Shown one piece after another: positions 43,047-51,730 of a DNA stretch of 64,000 bases. The stretch's first letter is position 1; every line of letters begins with the position of its first letter. This DNA comes from Thermoleophilia bacterium. GTDB taxonomy: Bacteria; Actinomycetota; Thermoleophilia; UBA2241. The position numbers and the translations under genes were made by a program. The notes below the pieces were generated by a model. The model worked only from the letters and a program-made list of their open reading frames with translations. It was not told where the DNA came from and ran no database searches. The stretch covers positions 73,988-137,987 of the forward strand of contig JAXGYV010000002.1 of assembly GCA_040772045.1 (NCBI GenBank). The letters run 5' to 3'.

Positions 43047-43730
43047 TCAGGTGCTCCGGCCACTGGGCAACTGGGGCACCAGGAAGGACAGGAACGCGTT
43101 CAGCGAGCGTGTCTGCAGCAGCAGACGGCCGGGGCCGCTGATGTCTACCACGAGCCCCTCACCGCTGAACACGAGAGACTTCAAACCGCCGACGCGCCGG
43201 ACCTTGAAGGGCATGCCCTCGCTGAATGCCACGAGGTGGCCGGTATCGACCGTGTACGACTGCCCCGCCGCCAGCGTCATCTCGTGAATCGCACCGTAGG
43301 AGGAGACCAGCAGCTGGCCCTGACCGCTGCACCGTAACATGACCAGCCCCTCGCCGGCGAAGAACGTCTTGGCGCCGCCCCACGTGCTGTCGACCTGTAC
43401 TCCCATCTCGGAGGCGACGTAATCGCCACCCTGCAGCATGTACGCCTGCGAACCCTCGAGCGTAAGCACCGTGAGGTCGCCGGGGAGGGCGGGAGCCACG
43501 ATCACCTCTCCACCTCGCGGCCCCGCCGTGAACACGTTCTGGAAGAACGACTCCGACGTTAGCACCTTGCGTGCCAGGGCCTTCATGACTCCGCCGGTCG
43601 CCGTCGTCTCGATGCGCACATCGGAGTTCATGCTCATCATCGAGCCTCCCTCCACACGTACCTGTTCGGAGGGCTCCAACCGGAGGACGCCGATGGAGTA
43701 GGTGGGCTTGTAGGCGATCTCGATCTTCAT
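43047..43730 (-). CDS. AIM24/TIGR00266 (DUF124) family protein
   Basis: 227 aa from ATG 43730, which has a GGAG Shine-Dalgarno sequence. The beta-rich pattern is GGSMMSM......ET...GG..K........ESFF...F.....GEV..AP..PG. Confidence 0.75.
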   Translation of the reverse strand: MKIEIAYKPTYSIGVLRLEPSEQVRVEGGSMMSMNSDVRIETTATGGVMKALARKVLTSESFFQNVFTAGPRGGEVIVAPALPGDLTVLTLEGSQAYMLQGGDYVASEMGVQVDSTWGGAKTFFAGEGLVMLRCSGQGQLLVSSYGAIHEMTLAAGQSYTVDTGHLVAFSEGMPFKVRRVGGLKSLVFSGEGLVVDISGPGRLLLQTRSLNAFLSFLVPQLPSGRST

Positions 43731-43848
43731 GCCACTCCTTTCCCGACTGTCGGCGCGTACTGTCCCAGGCGCCACACTTTGGCGCACGGAAACCTTCGCG
43801 AGCCCCGGGAACAGTCCTGCGAGCTCATTTCGGGTAAGCTGCCCGACG

Positions 43849-44691
43849 ATGGGCAAAGCGATCCTCACGGGACAACGGAAGCTGAAGCATTGTCTGCGCG
43901 CGGCCGCCCTGGCACCTGCTCAGACGGCCTTGTTCTGCGACATCGACGGCACCGTCGCGCCCATCGCTCGCGTGCCGGAGGAGGCCAGTGTGCCGCCGGT
44001 ATTCCAGCACGCCTTGCGAGCGCTCGCTCAACGCCTCGGCCTGCTCGCTTTCGTCACCGGCCGCGACCTCGAGGGCGGGCGGCGTATGGTCGCCGTGGAC
44101 GGAGCCGTCTACGTGGGCACCCACGGCATCCAGATCGAGATGCCAGACGGAACACGCCATATCGACCCAGCGGCGGCGAAGTGGAACCCCACCGTCCGCG
44201 AGGTGTTCGCGATCGCGCGCGCGCTCCCGCTAGATGAGCTGGGCATCGTGCTAGAGGACAAGCACACCATGTTCGCCCTGCACTACCGGCCAGCCGCCGA
44301 CCGACAGCGCGCGCGCGCGGCCATCGCGCATTCCGTGATACCTGCCGCTCGCGCCCGTAGGCTGCGCGTGAACACCGGACACCTCGCCTACGAGGTCGGC
44401 CCGCCGCTCGCAACGACCAAAGGCACCGCGACGCGACGCCTCCTGGCGACCGGTGACTACCGCGTCGCGCTGTTCCTCGGCGACGACCTCACGGACTGCG
44501 ACGGCTTCACGGCAGTTCGCGCGTGGGCCGCCGAGGGCTTCGCCGAGCGACGCACGGGACTCGCCGTGGCGATCGTCACGGACGAGACGCCCGCCGCCGT
44601 AACCGACAGCAGTGATATCTGGGTAGCCGGTACGCCGGGCGCCCTCGAGGTTCTCGACCGCCTCCTGGCGGCGGTCATGGAGAGCGGGTAA
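43849..44691 (+). CDS. otsB: Trehalose-6-phosphate phosphatase (HAD-IIB)
   Basis: HAD motif I reads LFCDIDGTVAP. Also present are FVTGRDL, TKGTA and LGDDLTDCDGF. I chose the internal ATG at 43849. Confidence 0.8.
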   Translation: MGKAILTGQRKLKHCLRAAALAPAQTALFCDIDGTVAPIARVPEEASVPPVFQHALRALAQRLGLLAFVTGRDLEGGRRMVAVDGAVYVGTHGIQIEMPDGTRHIDPAAAKWNPTVREVFAIARALPLDELGIVLEDKHTMFALHYRPAADRQRARAAIAHSVIPAARARRLRVNTGHLAYEVGPPLATTKGTATRRLLATGDYRVALFLGDDLTDCDGFTAVRAWAAEGFAERRTGLAVAIVTDETPAAVTDSSDIWVAGTPGALEVLDRLLAAVMESG

Positions 44692-44755
44692 CGCCAGCGC
44701 GGCGCTCGGCGGCGGCCGCCGTCTCCGAGGAGCGGCCACCGCCCAAAGCCCTCCT

Positions 44756-45529
44756 CTAGCGGCCGCTGAAGCGGGGTGCTCGTTTCTCAAAGAAGGCGGC
44801 CATGCCCTCCTTCTGGTCCTCGGAGGCGAAGCAGAGGGCGAACAGATCGCGCTCTATCTGCTGTCCGGCGTCGATATCCACGTCGCAGGCGCGACCCACG
44901 GCCGCCTTTACGTAGCTCATGGTCAGCGGGCTCTTGGCGGCAAGCTCGCGGGCGAGCTTCAGCGTCTGTTCCATGAGCTCCGCCTTGGGGAACACGGCCT
45001 GCACGAGGCCCACGCGCAGTGCCTCTTCAGCGCGGATCGGCCGTCCGCTCAGGCAGAGATACTTGGCCCAACCCAGGCCGATGGAGCGCGAGAGCCGCTG
45101 TGTGCCCCCAAAGCCGGGGGTGATCCCCAACCCGATCTCCGGCTGACCGAACTTCGCCGTCTCGGCGGCGAATCGGATGTCGCACGCCAGCGCCAGCTCG
45201 CAGCCCCCACCGAGCGCGAAGCCGTTGACGGCGGCGACCCACGGCTGCGGCGCCCTCTCAATAGTCGCGCACACACGGCCACCGAGCATGCTGAACCGCC
45301 GCGCCTCCTCGGACGTCATGGCCTGCATCTCGGCGATGTCGGCACCGGCGACGAACGCCTTATCGCCAGCCCCAGTGAGCACCACGACATGGACGCCGGC
45401 ATCCTCGCTGAGCTCCGTCGCCACCCGCAGGAGCTCCCCATTGGTCTCCGTATTCAACGCGTTCAGCGCCTTGGGGCGAGACACGGTGACAACGGCCACC
45501 CGCTCTTCCTTGCGCACTTCAACCGCCAT
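44756..45529 (-). CDS. Enoyl-CoA hydratase/isomerase (crotonase family)
   Basis: Contains VVTVSRPKALNALN, FVAGADI, VNGFALGGGCELALACD and PEIGLGITPGFGGTQRL. ATG 45529 has a GGGAGGAG Shine-Dalgarno sequence. Confidence 0.9.
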   Translation of the reverse strand: MAVEVRKEERVAVVTVSRPKALNALNTETNGELLRVATELSEDAGVHVVVLTGAGDKAFVAGADIAEMQAMTSEEARRFSMLGGRVCATIERAPQPWVAAVNGFALGGGCELALACDIRFAAETAKFGQPEIGLGITPGFGGTQRLSRSIGLGWAKYLCLSGRPIRAEEALRVGLVQAVFPKAELMEQTLKLARELAAKSPLTMSYVKAAVGRACDVDIDAGQQIERDLFALCFASEDQKEGMAAFFEKRAPRFSGR

Positions 45530-45569
45530 GGCCTCTCCTCCCTGCTCGTGCCGCACCGCGCTCCGTGAG

Positions 45570-45596
45570 GTGGCGCTGGCCTCCGGCCAGCGCCAC
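45570..45596 (-). terminator. Perfect 12-bp hairpin with a 3-nt loop, between pcrA and the crotonase gene
   Basis: GTGGCGCTGGCC-tcc-GGCCAGCGCCAC. It could be a terminator for pcrA or leader structure for the downstream gene. There is no U tract. Confidence 0.3.
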
Positions 45597-45781
45597 CGTG
45601 CACGACCTATCGTCCACACCGACCCGTGCGCGGCAGTGTCGTTGGGAGAGCGAGCGGCGATCTGGCCACCACGCCACTGAAGCGATCTCGGCGGCCTAGT
45701 CGTCGCCTCCCACGCAAAGTACCCGCGACCCACGGACCGCGACGATTATAGAACGGCACCCCACGACCTGCCGCCGCCGCC

Positions 45782-45816
45782 GCGAGGGGCGCACCCGCAC
45801 GGCGCCCTCCCCTCGC
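45782..45816 (-). terminator. Imperfect GC hairpin 34 nt downstream of the frame-B pcrA stop
   Basis: GCGAG-GGGCGC ... GCGCCC-tccc-CTCGC, folded by hand. Confidence 0.25.
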
Positions 45817-45849
45817 ATGACGAAGCGCCCGTAACGCGACGGACGCGTG

Positions 45850-46017
45850 CTAGCCGCCGAGCTTGCGGAGAGGCGCCACGTTGGCCAGGAGCCGGCGCTC
45901 CGAACCGTCGTTCACGAAATGGATCAAGATGATGCCCCGATCCTCGACGGAGACCACCGTCCCCTCGCCCAGCACAGCGTGCAGCACCCGGTCGCCAGGC
46001 CGGAAGTACCGCTTGAC
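45850..46017 (-). other. PcrA/UvrD C-terminal Tudor-like domain encoded in a different frame from the helicase body
   Basis: The 45850..46167 ORF ends with VKRYFRPGDRVLHAVLGEGTVVSVEDRGIILIHFVNDGSERRLLANVAPLRKL. This is the canonical extreme C-terminal domain of PcrA/UvrD1-type helicases. Confidence 0.7.
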
Positions 46018-48176
46018 CGACTCGCCGCCCACGTCGCGCTGGGGCTCCAAGCCCGTGATCTTGCGGCCGCTGGACCCGTCGATAGCGGCGTCGCGACCCC
46101 GGTGTCCTCCCGCTCCCAGTCGTCGCGCGCGGCCCCCGCGCCGCCACGAGGAGCCCCACCGCTCCACGCACGGCTCGCCATCTCATGACGCTCGACGAGG
46201 CTGGCGGGGATCTCCGTGAGGAACCGTGACGGCAGGTTGTACATAGAGCCGCCCCATAAACTGCGCGCGCGCGCATGGATGAGGTAGAGCCTATCCATCG
46301 CCCGGGTGATACCCACGTAGGCGAGTCGCCGCTCCTCCTCGACGTTCTGTTCGTCAAGGGAACGCTGGTGCGGGAACACGCCCTCTTCCATGCCCACGAT
46401 GAACACCACCGGGAACTCGAGGCCCTTGGCGTTGTGGAGCGTCATGAGCGTGAGCAGCTCGGTCGAGCGCAGGTACGCATCCTGATCGGTGTACAGGGAG
46501 ACTTCCTGAAGGAAGCCCTCCAAGCTCGGCTCCTCCGCGCGGCGATCGTACTCCGCCGCCACGCCGATGAGCTCCTCGAGGTTCTCGAGCCGGCCTTCCG
46601 ACTCCAGCGTGCGCTGCCCTTGCAGCCAGGGGAGATACCCGGTCTCCTCGAGCACAGCGCGCAGCGTCTGCGCCACCGGCTGACCCGCCGCGCGCGCCAA
46701 GAAGGAGCGCAGCAGGGCGGCGAGCGCCGCGAGGCCCTCGCGAGCGGCGGCCGTGAGGTCGGGTACATCCTCCGGAGCCGAGAACACGTCGAACAGCGGC
46801 TGCCCCGTCGTGTCCGCATGCAGGCGCGCGCGCGCCAGCGACGTAGCGCCCAGCCCGCGCTTCGGCGTATTGACGATGCGCAGCAGACGCTGCTCGTCAG
46901 CCGGGTTTACGATCACCGAGAGATAAGCCAGCGCGTCCTTGATCTCGGCGCGCTCGTAGAATCGCGTACCACCGATCACTTGGTAGGCGATGGCGTAGCG
47001 TCCGAACTGCTCCTCCAGGGCTCGGCTCTGAGCATTGGTCCGGTAGAGGACGGCGATGTCCGACGGACTGTAGGCGCGCGGCAGCACGTCTCCGGCGGCC
47101 GCGCGCCCCCCGCCAGCCTTGCCCTGCAGCAGCCGCTGGACCTCGCTGGCGATGTACTGCGCCTCCGCGCGCTCGTCGTTGACCTCGACGATCTGCACCA
47201 GCGCCCCTCGGCCACGGCCGGTCCAGAGCCGTTTGCCCTTGCGCCGGCGGTTGTGTTTGACCACGGCGTTCGCCACGTCGAGGATAGCTTGGGTGCTGCG
47301 GTAGTTCTCTTCCAGACGGATCACCGTGGCGTCTGGATAGTCGCGCTCAAACTCCAGGATGTTGCGGATGTCCGCCCCGCGCCAGGAGTAGATGCTCTGA
47401 TCGTCGTCGCCCACTACGGCGATGTTGCGGTGCAGCCCGGCCAGCAGGTTGGCGAGCCTGTACTGCGCATGGTTGGTGTCCTGGTACTCGTCGATGAGGA
47501 TGAACCGGAACGCCCGTTGATAGTGGGCCAGACGCTGCGGGAAACGCTCGAGCAGCACGACCGCGTTCAGCAGCAGGTCGTCGAAGTCCATGGCGTTCAT
47601 CTGCAGCAGTCGTTTCTGGTAGAGCGTGTACACGTCGGCCGCCGTGCGAGCGAAGAAGCCGCTCGCCTGCTCGCTCACCTCGCGCGGCCCCTGGAGCTGG
47701 TTCTTGGCGTCGCTGATGAGCCGCGCGACCGCCTCTGGGGCAAAGCGCTTGGTATCGATCTCTTGATCGGCCATGCAGCGCTTGATCAGCCGGCGGCGAT
47801 CGTCTTCATCGTGGATGGTGAAGGTGGACTTGTAACCCAGCCGGTCCGCCTCCCGACGCAGGATGCGCGCGCACATGGAATGGAACGTGCTGATCCACAT
47901 GGCCCGCGCTTTGGGGCCAACCAGCTCCTCGATGCGCGCCTTCATCTCGCCCGCGGCCTTGTTGGTGAAGGTGATGGCGAGGATCTCGTCGGGGCGCGCA
48001 CCGCACTCGTCCACGAGATGCGCGACCCTGCGCGTGAGGACCAGGGTCTTCCCCGACCCCGCGCCGGCCAGGATCAACAGGGGCCCCTCGCCGTGCTCGA
48101 CCGCGCGGCGCTGCGGCTCGTTGAGGCCGGCCAGCAAGGGTGAGAGACCTCGGGAGATGGCATCCTGCGTGCTCAT
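45924..48176 (-). CDS. pcrA: ATP-dependent DNA helicase PcrA/UvrD (SF1A); the last 60 aa or so of this frame look out of frame
   Basis: Helicase motifs are present: AGAGSGKT, ITFTNKAA, DEYQDTN, VGDDDQSIYSWRGA, YRS, HNAKGLEF and VGITRA. The frame-A tail (STGPAAARSRAWSPSATWAASRSS...) has no domain character. Confidence 0.93.
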   Translation of the reverse strand: MSTQDAISRGLSPLLAGLNEPQRRAVEHGEGPLLILAGAGSGKTLVLTRRVAHLVDECGARPDEILAITFTNKAAGEMKARIEELVGPKARAMWISTFHSMCARILRREADRLGYKSTFTIHDEDDRRRLIKRCMADQEIDTKRFAPEAVARLISDAKNQLQGPREVSEQASGFFARTAADVYTLYQKRLLQMNAMDFDDLLLNAVVLLERFPQRLAHYQRAFRFILIDEYQDTNHAQYRLANLLAGLHRNIAVVGDDDQSIYSWRGADIRNILEFERDYPDATVIRLEENYRSTQAILDVANAVVKHNRRRKGKRLWTGRGRGALVQIVEVNDERAEAQYIASEVQRLLQGKAGGGRAAAGDVLPRAYSPSDIAVLYRTNAQSRALEEQFGRYAIAYQVIGGTRFYERAEIKDALAYLSVIVNPADEQRLLRIVNTPKRGLGATSLARARLHADTTGQPLFDVFSAPEDVPDLTAAAREGLAALAALLRSFLARAAGQPVAQTLRAVLEETGYLPWLQGQRTLESEGRLENLEELIGVAAEYDRRAEEPSLEGFLQEVSLYTDQDAYLRSTELLTLMTLHNAKGLEFPVVFIVGMEEGVFPHQRSLDEQNVEEERRLAYVGITRAMDRLYLIHARARSLWGGSMYNLPSRFLTEIPASLVERHEMASRAWSGGAPRGGAGAARDDWEREDTGVATPLSTGPAAARSRAWSPSATWAASRSSGTSGLATGCCTLCWARGRWSPSRIGASS

Positions 48177-48796
48177 AGGCCGGCGACCTCGAGAAGCACG
48201 CTCAGCCCGAACGCGACACCGCCCGCGGCCAGCAGATGGAGACCCGACATCACGAGCTTACCGCGAGAGATCCGGCCGAGGAATACCCCGAGCAGGAAGA
48301 GCTGTACCGCCGCGAGGCCCCAGGCCACGAAGAACGCCCCCCGGGTACCCAGTACCGACTGCAGGGCGAGAGGCACACACAGGAGGAGGCCGCCGATGGC
48401 CGAGGCGAACCCGGCGACCACCGCGACGGCGATGGCGGCGTAGCGCGCGGCCGCGCCCACGTCGGTGTCGTCGAGCCGCGTGAGCGTGGACTCCTCGAGC
48501 TCGCGCAACGCTCGCGTCCGCTCTGCCCTCTCAGACAGATACGAGCCGTAGAATCCCGAGACGCCCAAGCTCACCGACGCCGCGGCGAGCACGCTGATCA
48601 GCGCGCTCGTCTCGCGCAGCCCGCCGAAGTACGAGCCCGTGATAATGCCGACCGCCGTGAGTACACCGTCGAACGCGTTCATCGGGAAGTACCGTCGCGT
48701 GATCTCGCCGACGTCGGCGATCTCGTGGTAGCGCCGCAGACGGCCAACATGCCGGCGCCATGAGTCTGGTTGGCGATCGCGCCGCGGACACATCAT
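48173..48796 (-). CDS. VIT1/CCC1-like (DUF125, TIGR00267-type) membrane protein
   Basis: Contains RRYF.MNAFDGVLTAVGIITG plus 4-5 TM helices. ATGA overlap with the pcrA start. Confidence 0.65.
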   Translation of the reverse strand: MMCPRRDRQPDSWRRHVGRLRRYHEIADVGEITRRYFPMNAFDGVLTAVGIITGSYFGGLRETSALISVLAAASVSLGVSGFYGSYLSERAERTRALRELEESTLTRLDDTDVGAAARYAAIAVAVVAGFASAIGGLLLCVPLALQSVLGTRGAFFVAWGLAAVQLFLLGVFLGRISRGKLVMSGLHLLAAGGVAFGLSVLLEVAGL

Positions 48797-48836
48797 GAGA
48801 AAGAGACCCGGATCGTTTGTTCAGACGTGACCGAGC

Positions 48837-49142
48837 TCAGCGCAGCCACCGGGCCGCGTCTTGGGCCGTGTCGGCCTCTTCCACGAGTTCGCGCCCCGTT
48901 GATACCTTGTCGATGGAGTGAATGCTGGCACCGGCGTCCTGTACCACCTCCGCCACAGCCTGGAAGTCGATGTCCTCGCCCTCTAGGGTGACCTTGATGT
49001 TCTCCACTTTGCTGTCGATCTCGATCAGCGTGATGTCGACGCCACGCACGCCCTCGAGATCGCCCAGCTTGTCGGCCAGCGTGAGCATGGTCGGCTGATG
49101 GGGTTTGAGGACGTCAAGCACGAGACGGCGGATCTTGCTCAC
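48837..49142 (-). CDS. DUF211 (COG1888) family protein
   Basis: 101 aa. IRRLVLDVLKPHQP....LA..L..L.GV.GV.I.L.EID.....IKVT.EG..ID........V...G.SIHSID.V matches my recollection of the DUF211 pattern. GTG start. Confidence 0.7.
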   Translation of the reverse strand: MSKIRRLVLDVLKPHQPTMLTLADKLGDLEGVRGVDITLIEIDSKVENIKVTLEGEDIDFQAVAEVVQDAGASIHSIDKVSTGRELVEEADTAQDAARWLR

Positions 49143-49208
49143 GTGTAGTCACGCTCCATTCCGAGTGAGCCGCAGGGACCGAATGGTAGCACATGCACAG
49201 CGCACTGG

Positions 49209-49237
49209 GGCGCCGCTCCCCGCCGGCCAGCGGCGCC
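49209..49237 (-). terminator. 9-bp GC hairpin abutting the cysE stop
   Basis: GGCGCCGCT - 11-nt loop - AGCGGCGCC, directly 3' of the stop at 49238-49240 on the minus strand. There is no U tract. Confidence 0.35.
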
Positions 49238-50050
49238 TCAGATACCCCCGCCAGCCTCGAATCCGAGGAGCTCCTCGAGCACTCGCTCAGCCTCCTCCAC
49301 GGCCCGCCGACGCCGCTCCCCACGGTCCGGATGGATCTCGTCCAGCTCCTTCTCCATCTCCACGATACGCGCCACCAGACAGCGGATAGCCTCGGCCACG
49401 GGGTCCGGAAGATGCCGGTAGTCGATATCCGGAATACCGACGCGCTGACCCTCCACGAGAACCGGCCGTCCGGGGTTGCCGACCACCGTCGAGCGGCGCG
49501 GCACATCCTGCACCACTACACTGCCCGCGCCGATCTTGGCGCTCTCTCCTATGCGGATGGAACCCAGCAGCTTGGCCCCAGCGCCGACGACTACGTTGTC
49601 GCCGAGCGTCGGATGGCGCTTGCCGGTCTCTTTCCCCGTCCCCCCCAGGGTGACACCCTGGTACAGGGTGACGTTGTCGCCGATCTCCGTAGTCTCGCCG
49701 ATGACCACGCCGGAGCCGTGATCGATGAAGAGCCCGCGCCCAATGGTCGCTCCGGGATGAATCTCAACCTGGGTGAGAAAACGCCCGAGCTGACTGATCC
49801 AGCGCGGCACGAGCGGCACCCGCCGTTTCCACAGGCGATGCGCCAGACGGTGCAGCCACAGGGCATGCAGGCCGGAGTAGGAGGTGAGCACCTCGATCTG
49901 GCTGGTAGCCGCCGGATCGCGCTCGCGCACGGCGCGAACATCCTCGTGGATGATCGCGAGCGCGCGGCGAACTTTGGTCGCCCGCGGCAGGCAGAGACAG
50001 AGCGCCGGCACTATCACGGTGAGTTTCGCCATCTTCTGCACGCCGATCAC
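49238..50050 (-). CDS. cysE: Serine O-acetyltransferase
   Basis: Contains [24 protein letters not shown] and the hexapeptide-repeat region [38 protein letters not shown] 50050 overlaps the upstream stop in a GTGA junction. ATG 50032 is an alternative. Confidence 0.88.
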   Translation of the reverse strand: MIGVQKMAKLTVIVPALCLCLPRATKVRRALAIIHEDVRAVRERDPAATSQIEVLTSYSGLHALWLHRLAHRLWKRRVPLVPRWISQLGRFLTQVEIHPGATIGRGLFIDHGSGVVIGETTEIGDNVTLYQGVTLGGTGKETGKRHPTLGDNVVVGAGAKLLGSIRIGESAKIGAGSVVVQDVPRRSTVVGNPGRPVLVEGQRVGIPDIDYRHLPDPVAEAIRCLVARIVEMEKELDEIHPDRGERRRRAVEEAERVLEELLGFEAGGGI

Positions 50051-50916
50051 CTCCCCAGATCTTCCCGCGTACCATCTTCAGCGGAGTGTACGTCGAGCGC
50101 CTCGTTCATGCTGCCCGACCGCAGCCCGGCCAAATCCACGGTGACGTAAATCCAGCCGAGCCGGCGCAGGCGAGCGAGGATCTCCGCGCGGCACGCGCCG
50201 GCCGCGCGCGGCACCTCTGCCAGCGGAACCTCGACGCGGGCCAGGGTACCGTAGTGGCGCACGCGAACGTCGGTGAAGCCCAGATCGCGCAGCGCCTCCT
50301 CCGCGCGCGCCACCTGCCGCAGGTTCTGCCGCGTGATCCGCCGACCGTAAGGGATACGCGTGGCGAGACAGGCTTGCGACGGCGCTTCGGCGTTGGCAAG
50401 CCGCAGGACCATCGCCAGCCGGCGCACGTCGGCCTTCCGCAGCCCGGCTTCGAGCAAGGGATGGCGCACCCCACGCTCCCGCGCGGCCAGCATCCCCGGC
50501 CGGTGGTCGGCCTGATCGTCGCTCGTTACGCCGTCGACGATGACCGCTCGCCCGTGCTCGCCGGCGACCGCCGCGACCGCATCGAGCATGTGCGCCTTGC
50601 AGCCGTAGCAGCGGTCGGGAGGATTGGCGACAAAGCGTTCGTCGTCGAGCTCGGTCGTCCGCACCACCACGTGCGCCACGCCGAGAGTTTCCGCGACCGC
50701 CACTGCCCGCTCGAGCTCGGCGGGCGTGTACGTTTCGGATGCCGCGGTGACGGCCGTCACAGCATCCGACCCCAGCGTGCTGGCCGCGACCGCGAGGAGC
50801 ACCGAGGAGTCCACGCCCCCGGAGAACGCCACCGCCACCGATCCGAGCGGTGCCAGCGCGACGCGCAGTGCCGCGAGCGCCGGGTCTTCGTGCTGTACGT
50901 GACCCCTGCGACTCAC
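50047..50916 (-). CDS. LarE-like PP-loop ATPase (TIGR00268 family, three-Cys type)
   Basis: The PP-loop reads [12 protein letters not shown]. Cysteines lie in DRCYGCK and [15 protein letters not shown] 50916 overlaps the ThiF-like stop in a GTGA junction. Confidence 0.8.
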   Translation of the reverse strand: MSRRGHVQHEDPALAALRVALAPLGSVAVAFSGGVDSSVLLAVAASTLGSDAVTAVTAASETYTPAELERAVAVAETLGVAHVVVRTTELDDERFVANPPDRCYGCKAHMLDAVAAVAGEHGRAVIVDGVTSDDQADHRPGMLAARERGVRHPLLEAGLRKADVRRLAMVLRLANAEAPSQACLATRIPYGRRITRQNLRQVARAEEALRDLGFTDVRVRHYGTLARVEVPLAEVPRAAGACRAEILARLRRLGWIYVTVDLAGLRSGSMNEALDVHSAEDGTREDLGR

Positions 50917-51725
50917 AGGCCCAAGCTCGCCGCGCTCTGCGCGATGTCGGTGATGCTCGGCCGCTCGCCACACACGGGGCAGGCCGGATCGCGCGACGTC
51001 GTCACTTCATCGAACGTCATCTGGAGCGCATCGTATTGCAGCAGGCGATTCACCAACGGTTCGCCGAGGCCGAGGATCGCCTTGAGCGCTTCGGCGGCCT
51101 GGATGGCCCCGATGACGCCGGGGACAGGTCCAAATACACCCTGTTCGGTAGCACTGTGTTCGGTAGCACTGGAACACCCCTCCGGCGCCGGCGGCTGCGG
51201 AAATACGCAGCGATAGCAGGCACTCTGGCCGCCCTTGATCGTCATCGCCAGACCCACAAAACGCAGCACGGCACCCTCGACCAACGTCTTGCGTAGCAGG
51301 ACACAGGCGTCGTTGAGCAGGTACCGCGTCGAGAGGTTGTCCACCGCTGTGACGATCACATCGTAAGCACGCAGCAGCTCCACCACGGTGTGCTGATCGA
51401 GACACAGGGCGTGGCGCACCACCGTGACCGAGGGATTGAGGGCAGCGATCCGATCTGCCGCGCTGTCGGTCTTCGGCCGGCCGATGTCTGGCGTACCGTG
51501 CACGATCTGTCGCTGTAGGTTCGACCGGTCGACCACATCGTAGTCCACCACACCCAGACGTCCGACGCCGGCGGCCGCCAGATAGAGCAGGACGGGAGAT
51601 CCGAGGCCGCCCGCGCCAACCACGAGCACACGAGCCTGGCGCAGGGCGGCCTGCCCGGACTCCCCGATCTCCGGAATCACCACCTGGCGCAGGTATCGTG
51701 CCCGCTCCAGCGCATCCAGCACCAC
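50913..51725 (-). CDS. ThiF/MoeB-family E1-like adenylyltransferase, with no rhodanese domain
   Basis: Contains the ATP-binding loop VLVVGAGGLGSP, DYDVVDRSNLQRQ, and the zinc-site pairs CYRC and CPVC. GTG start at 51725 or 51722, just after the cysK stop. Confidence 0.85.
   Translation of the reverse strand: MVLDALERARYLRQVVIPEIGESGQAALRQARVLVVGAGGLGSPVLLYLAAAGVGRLGVVDYDVVDRSNLQRQIVHGTPDIGRPKTDSAADRIAALNPSVTVVRHALCLDQHTVVELLRAYDVIVTAVDNLSTRYLLNDACVLLRKTLVEGAVLRFVGLAMTIKGGQSACYRCVFPQPPAPEGCSSATEHSATEQGVFGPVPGVIGAIQAAEALKAILGLGEPLVNRLLQYDALQMTFDEVTTSRDPACPVCGERPSITDIAQSAASLGL
51143..51172 (-). repeat. In-frame 15-nt tandem duplication inside the ThiF/MoeB-like gene
   Basis: On the plus strand GTTCGGTAGCACTGT and GTTCGGTAGCACTGG are 14/15 identical. 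They encode SATEH-SATEQ between the CYRC motif and the GVFGPVPGVIG segment. Confidence 0.85.
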
Positions 51726-51730
51726 GCCGA

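Noticed and set aside
45850-46167. The 105-aa ORF ends in ...RKLGG, which could suggest the missing ubiquitin-like sulfur carrier (C-terminal GG) for the ThiF-like E1.
   Set aside because: The sequence is the PcrA/UvrD C-terminal Tudor-like domain, not a beta-grasp fold. The N-terminal part of the ORF is low-complexity linker read in the shifted frame.
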